Below, piece by piece: positions 63,246-64,000 of a DNA stretch of 64,000 bases. The position numbers were made by a program, and so were the translations under genes. Location of the stretch: contig DASPSR010000005.1 of NCBI GenBank assembly GCA_035623825.1, positions 1 to 64,000 on the forward strand, read 5' to 3'. This DNA is from Nitrospirota bacterium. Its GTDB lineage: Bacteria; Nitrospirota; UBA9217. Every line of letters starts with the position of its first letter. Positions within the stretch are counted from its first letter, which is position 1. A model generated the notes under the pieces. It was not told where the DNA came from. It saw only the letters and a list, made by a program, of their open reading frames with translations, and searched no databases.

Positions 63246-63911
63246 TTACCCTGTCTTTTTGAAAATCCAAAGCACCCTCTTATAATCCGAATGTGGCAGG
63301 GTAAGTGGAATTCTCATCTCCAGGATGACACCGGCCCTGTCCCTCTGCTGTTCTTCGAGCGATTCTTCCGGCCCACGGCTCAGCACAATGAGGCCGCCGC
63401 GTTTGAGGAAAGGCGTTCCAGCATCAAGCGCTGTGTTCATATCAGCGAATGCGCGCGCCGTGACCACATCGAAGGTCATGAACAGATCTGTGATATCCTC
63501 GGTTCTCTTGTCGACAACGTTAACGCCCGAAAGTTTCAGCATCCTGATGATATGTCGAAGAAAGGATGCTTTCTTTTTTGTTGACTCGACCATGGTGACC
63601 GTAATTTCGGGACGAGTCAGCTTAAGCGGAATGGCCGGGAAACCCGCGCCCGACCCTATATCCAACAGCTTCAGTCCGACAGTGGAGGCAAAGCCCATTC
63701 CATACGAAAGGGAGTCCAAAATGTGTTTGATCACCATTTCCCGGTCATCTGTTATAGCCGTGAGGTTTATCTTTCGATTCCACTTCTTCAGTTCCGCTAT
63801 ATACATGAGAATAGAATTACTTTGTTCAACGGTCAGAGCGACTCCCAGAGCGTGTGCGCCTGTAGTCAATAATTCTCGCAGAGTCACAATGATGTCCTCA
63901 CTGCATATCAA
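63246..63911 (-). CDS. rsmG: 16S rRNA (guanine527-N7)-methyltransferase
   Basis: WNRKINLTAI, HILDSL, DIGSGAGFP, VTARAF; true start may be the GTG at 63887. Confidence 0.95.
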   Translation of the reverse strand: MICSEDIIVTLRELLTTGAHALGVALTVEQSNSILMYIAELKKWNRKINLTAITDDREMVIKHILDSLSYGMGFASTVGLKLLDIGSGAGFPAIPLKLTRPEITVTMVESTKKKASFLRHIIRMLKLSGVNVVDKRTEDITDLFMTFDVVTARAFADMNTALDAGTPFLKRGGLIVLSRGPEESLEEQQRDRAGVILEMRIPLTLPHSDYKRVLWIFKKTG

Positions 63912-64000
63912 TCCTGGCGTCCCCCATCGTCCGACCTCTCCGTCATATATTTATTTAAGAGATATTATTCACTTAGGGATACCGGGTCTTCACTAAAACA

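Overview
Origin-proximal 64 kb of an anaerobic bacterial chromosome. Gene content and order suggest Nitrospirota or Desulfobacterota (inference). The left half is housekeeping: mglAB, porCDAB, dnaX-ybaB-recR, SRP RNA, six tRNAs, tadA, serS, gyrAB, dnaN, dnaA and rpmH-rnpA-yidD-yidC. A recognisable oriC unwinding module (DnaA boxes, DnaA-trios, AT-rich tract) lies at about 26.07-26.13 kb, displaced from dnaA by tusA-dsrE-hisI-hinT. The right end carries rlpA, a large single-chain purL, bactofilin, parB, parA, a Clp1/Nol9-like polynucleotide kinase bracketed by two perfect parS sites, and rsmG. The standout feature is a ~21 kb cluster (33.0-54.4 kb) that reads like a methanogen methyl-transfer module in a bacterium. 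It contains Methanosarcinales-type coenzyme M biosynthesis genes (cysteate synthase plus fused ComDE), translationally coupled to an HdrE/DsrM-like cytochrome b and an HdrD-like CCG Fe-S protein. It also has a corrinoid protein, two MtaA-type Zn thiol methyltransferases, an MtrH-family pterin methyltransferase, a RACo/RamA-type activase, a QueG-like Fe-S protein, MetF, CobW and a sigma54 two-component system with two visible -24/-12 promoters. No mcr, CoB-synthesis or comF-like genes are visible. Inference: a bacterial CoM (or CoM-like sulfonate-thiol) dependent methyl/methyl-sulfide transfer system linked to the folate C1 pool. All calls come from motif recognition by eye; no database searches were run.
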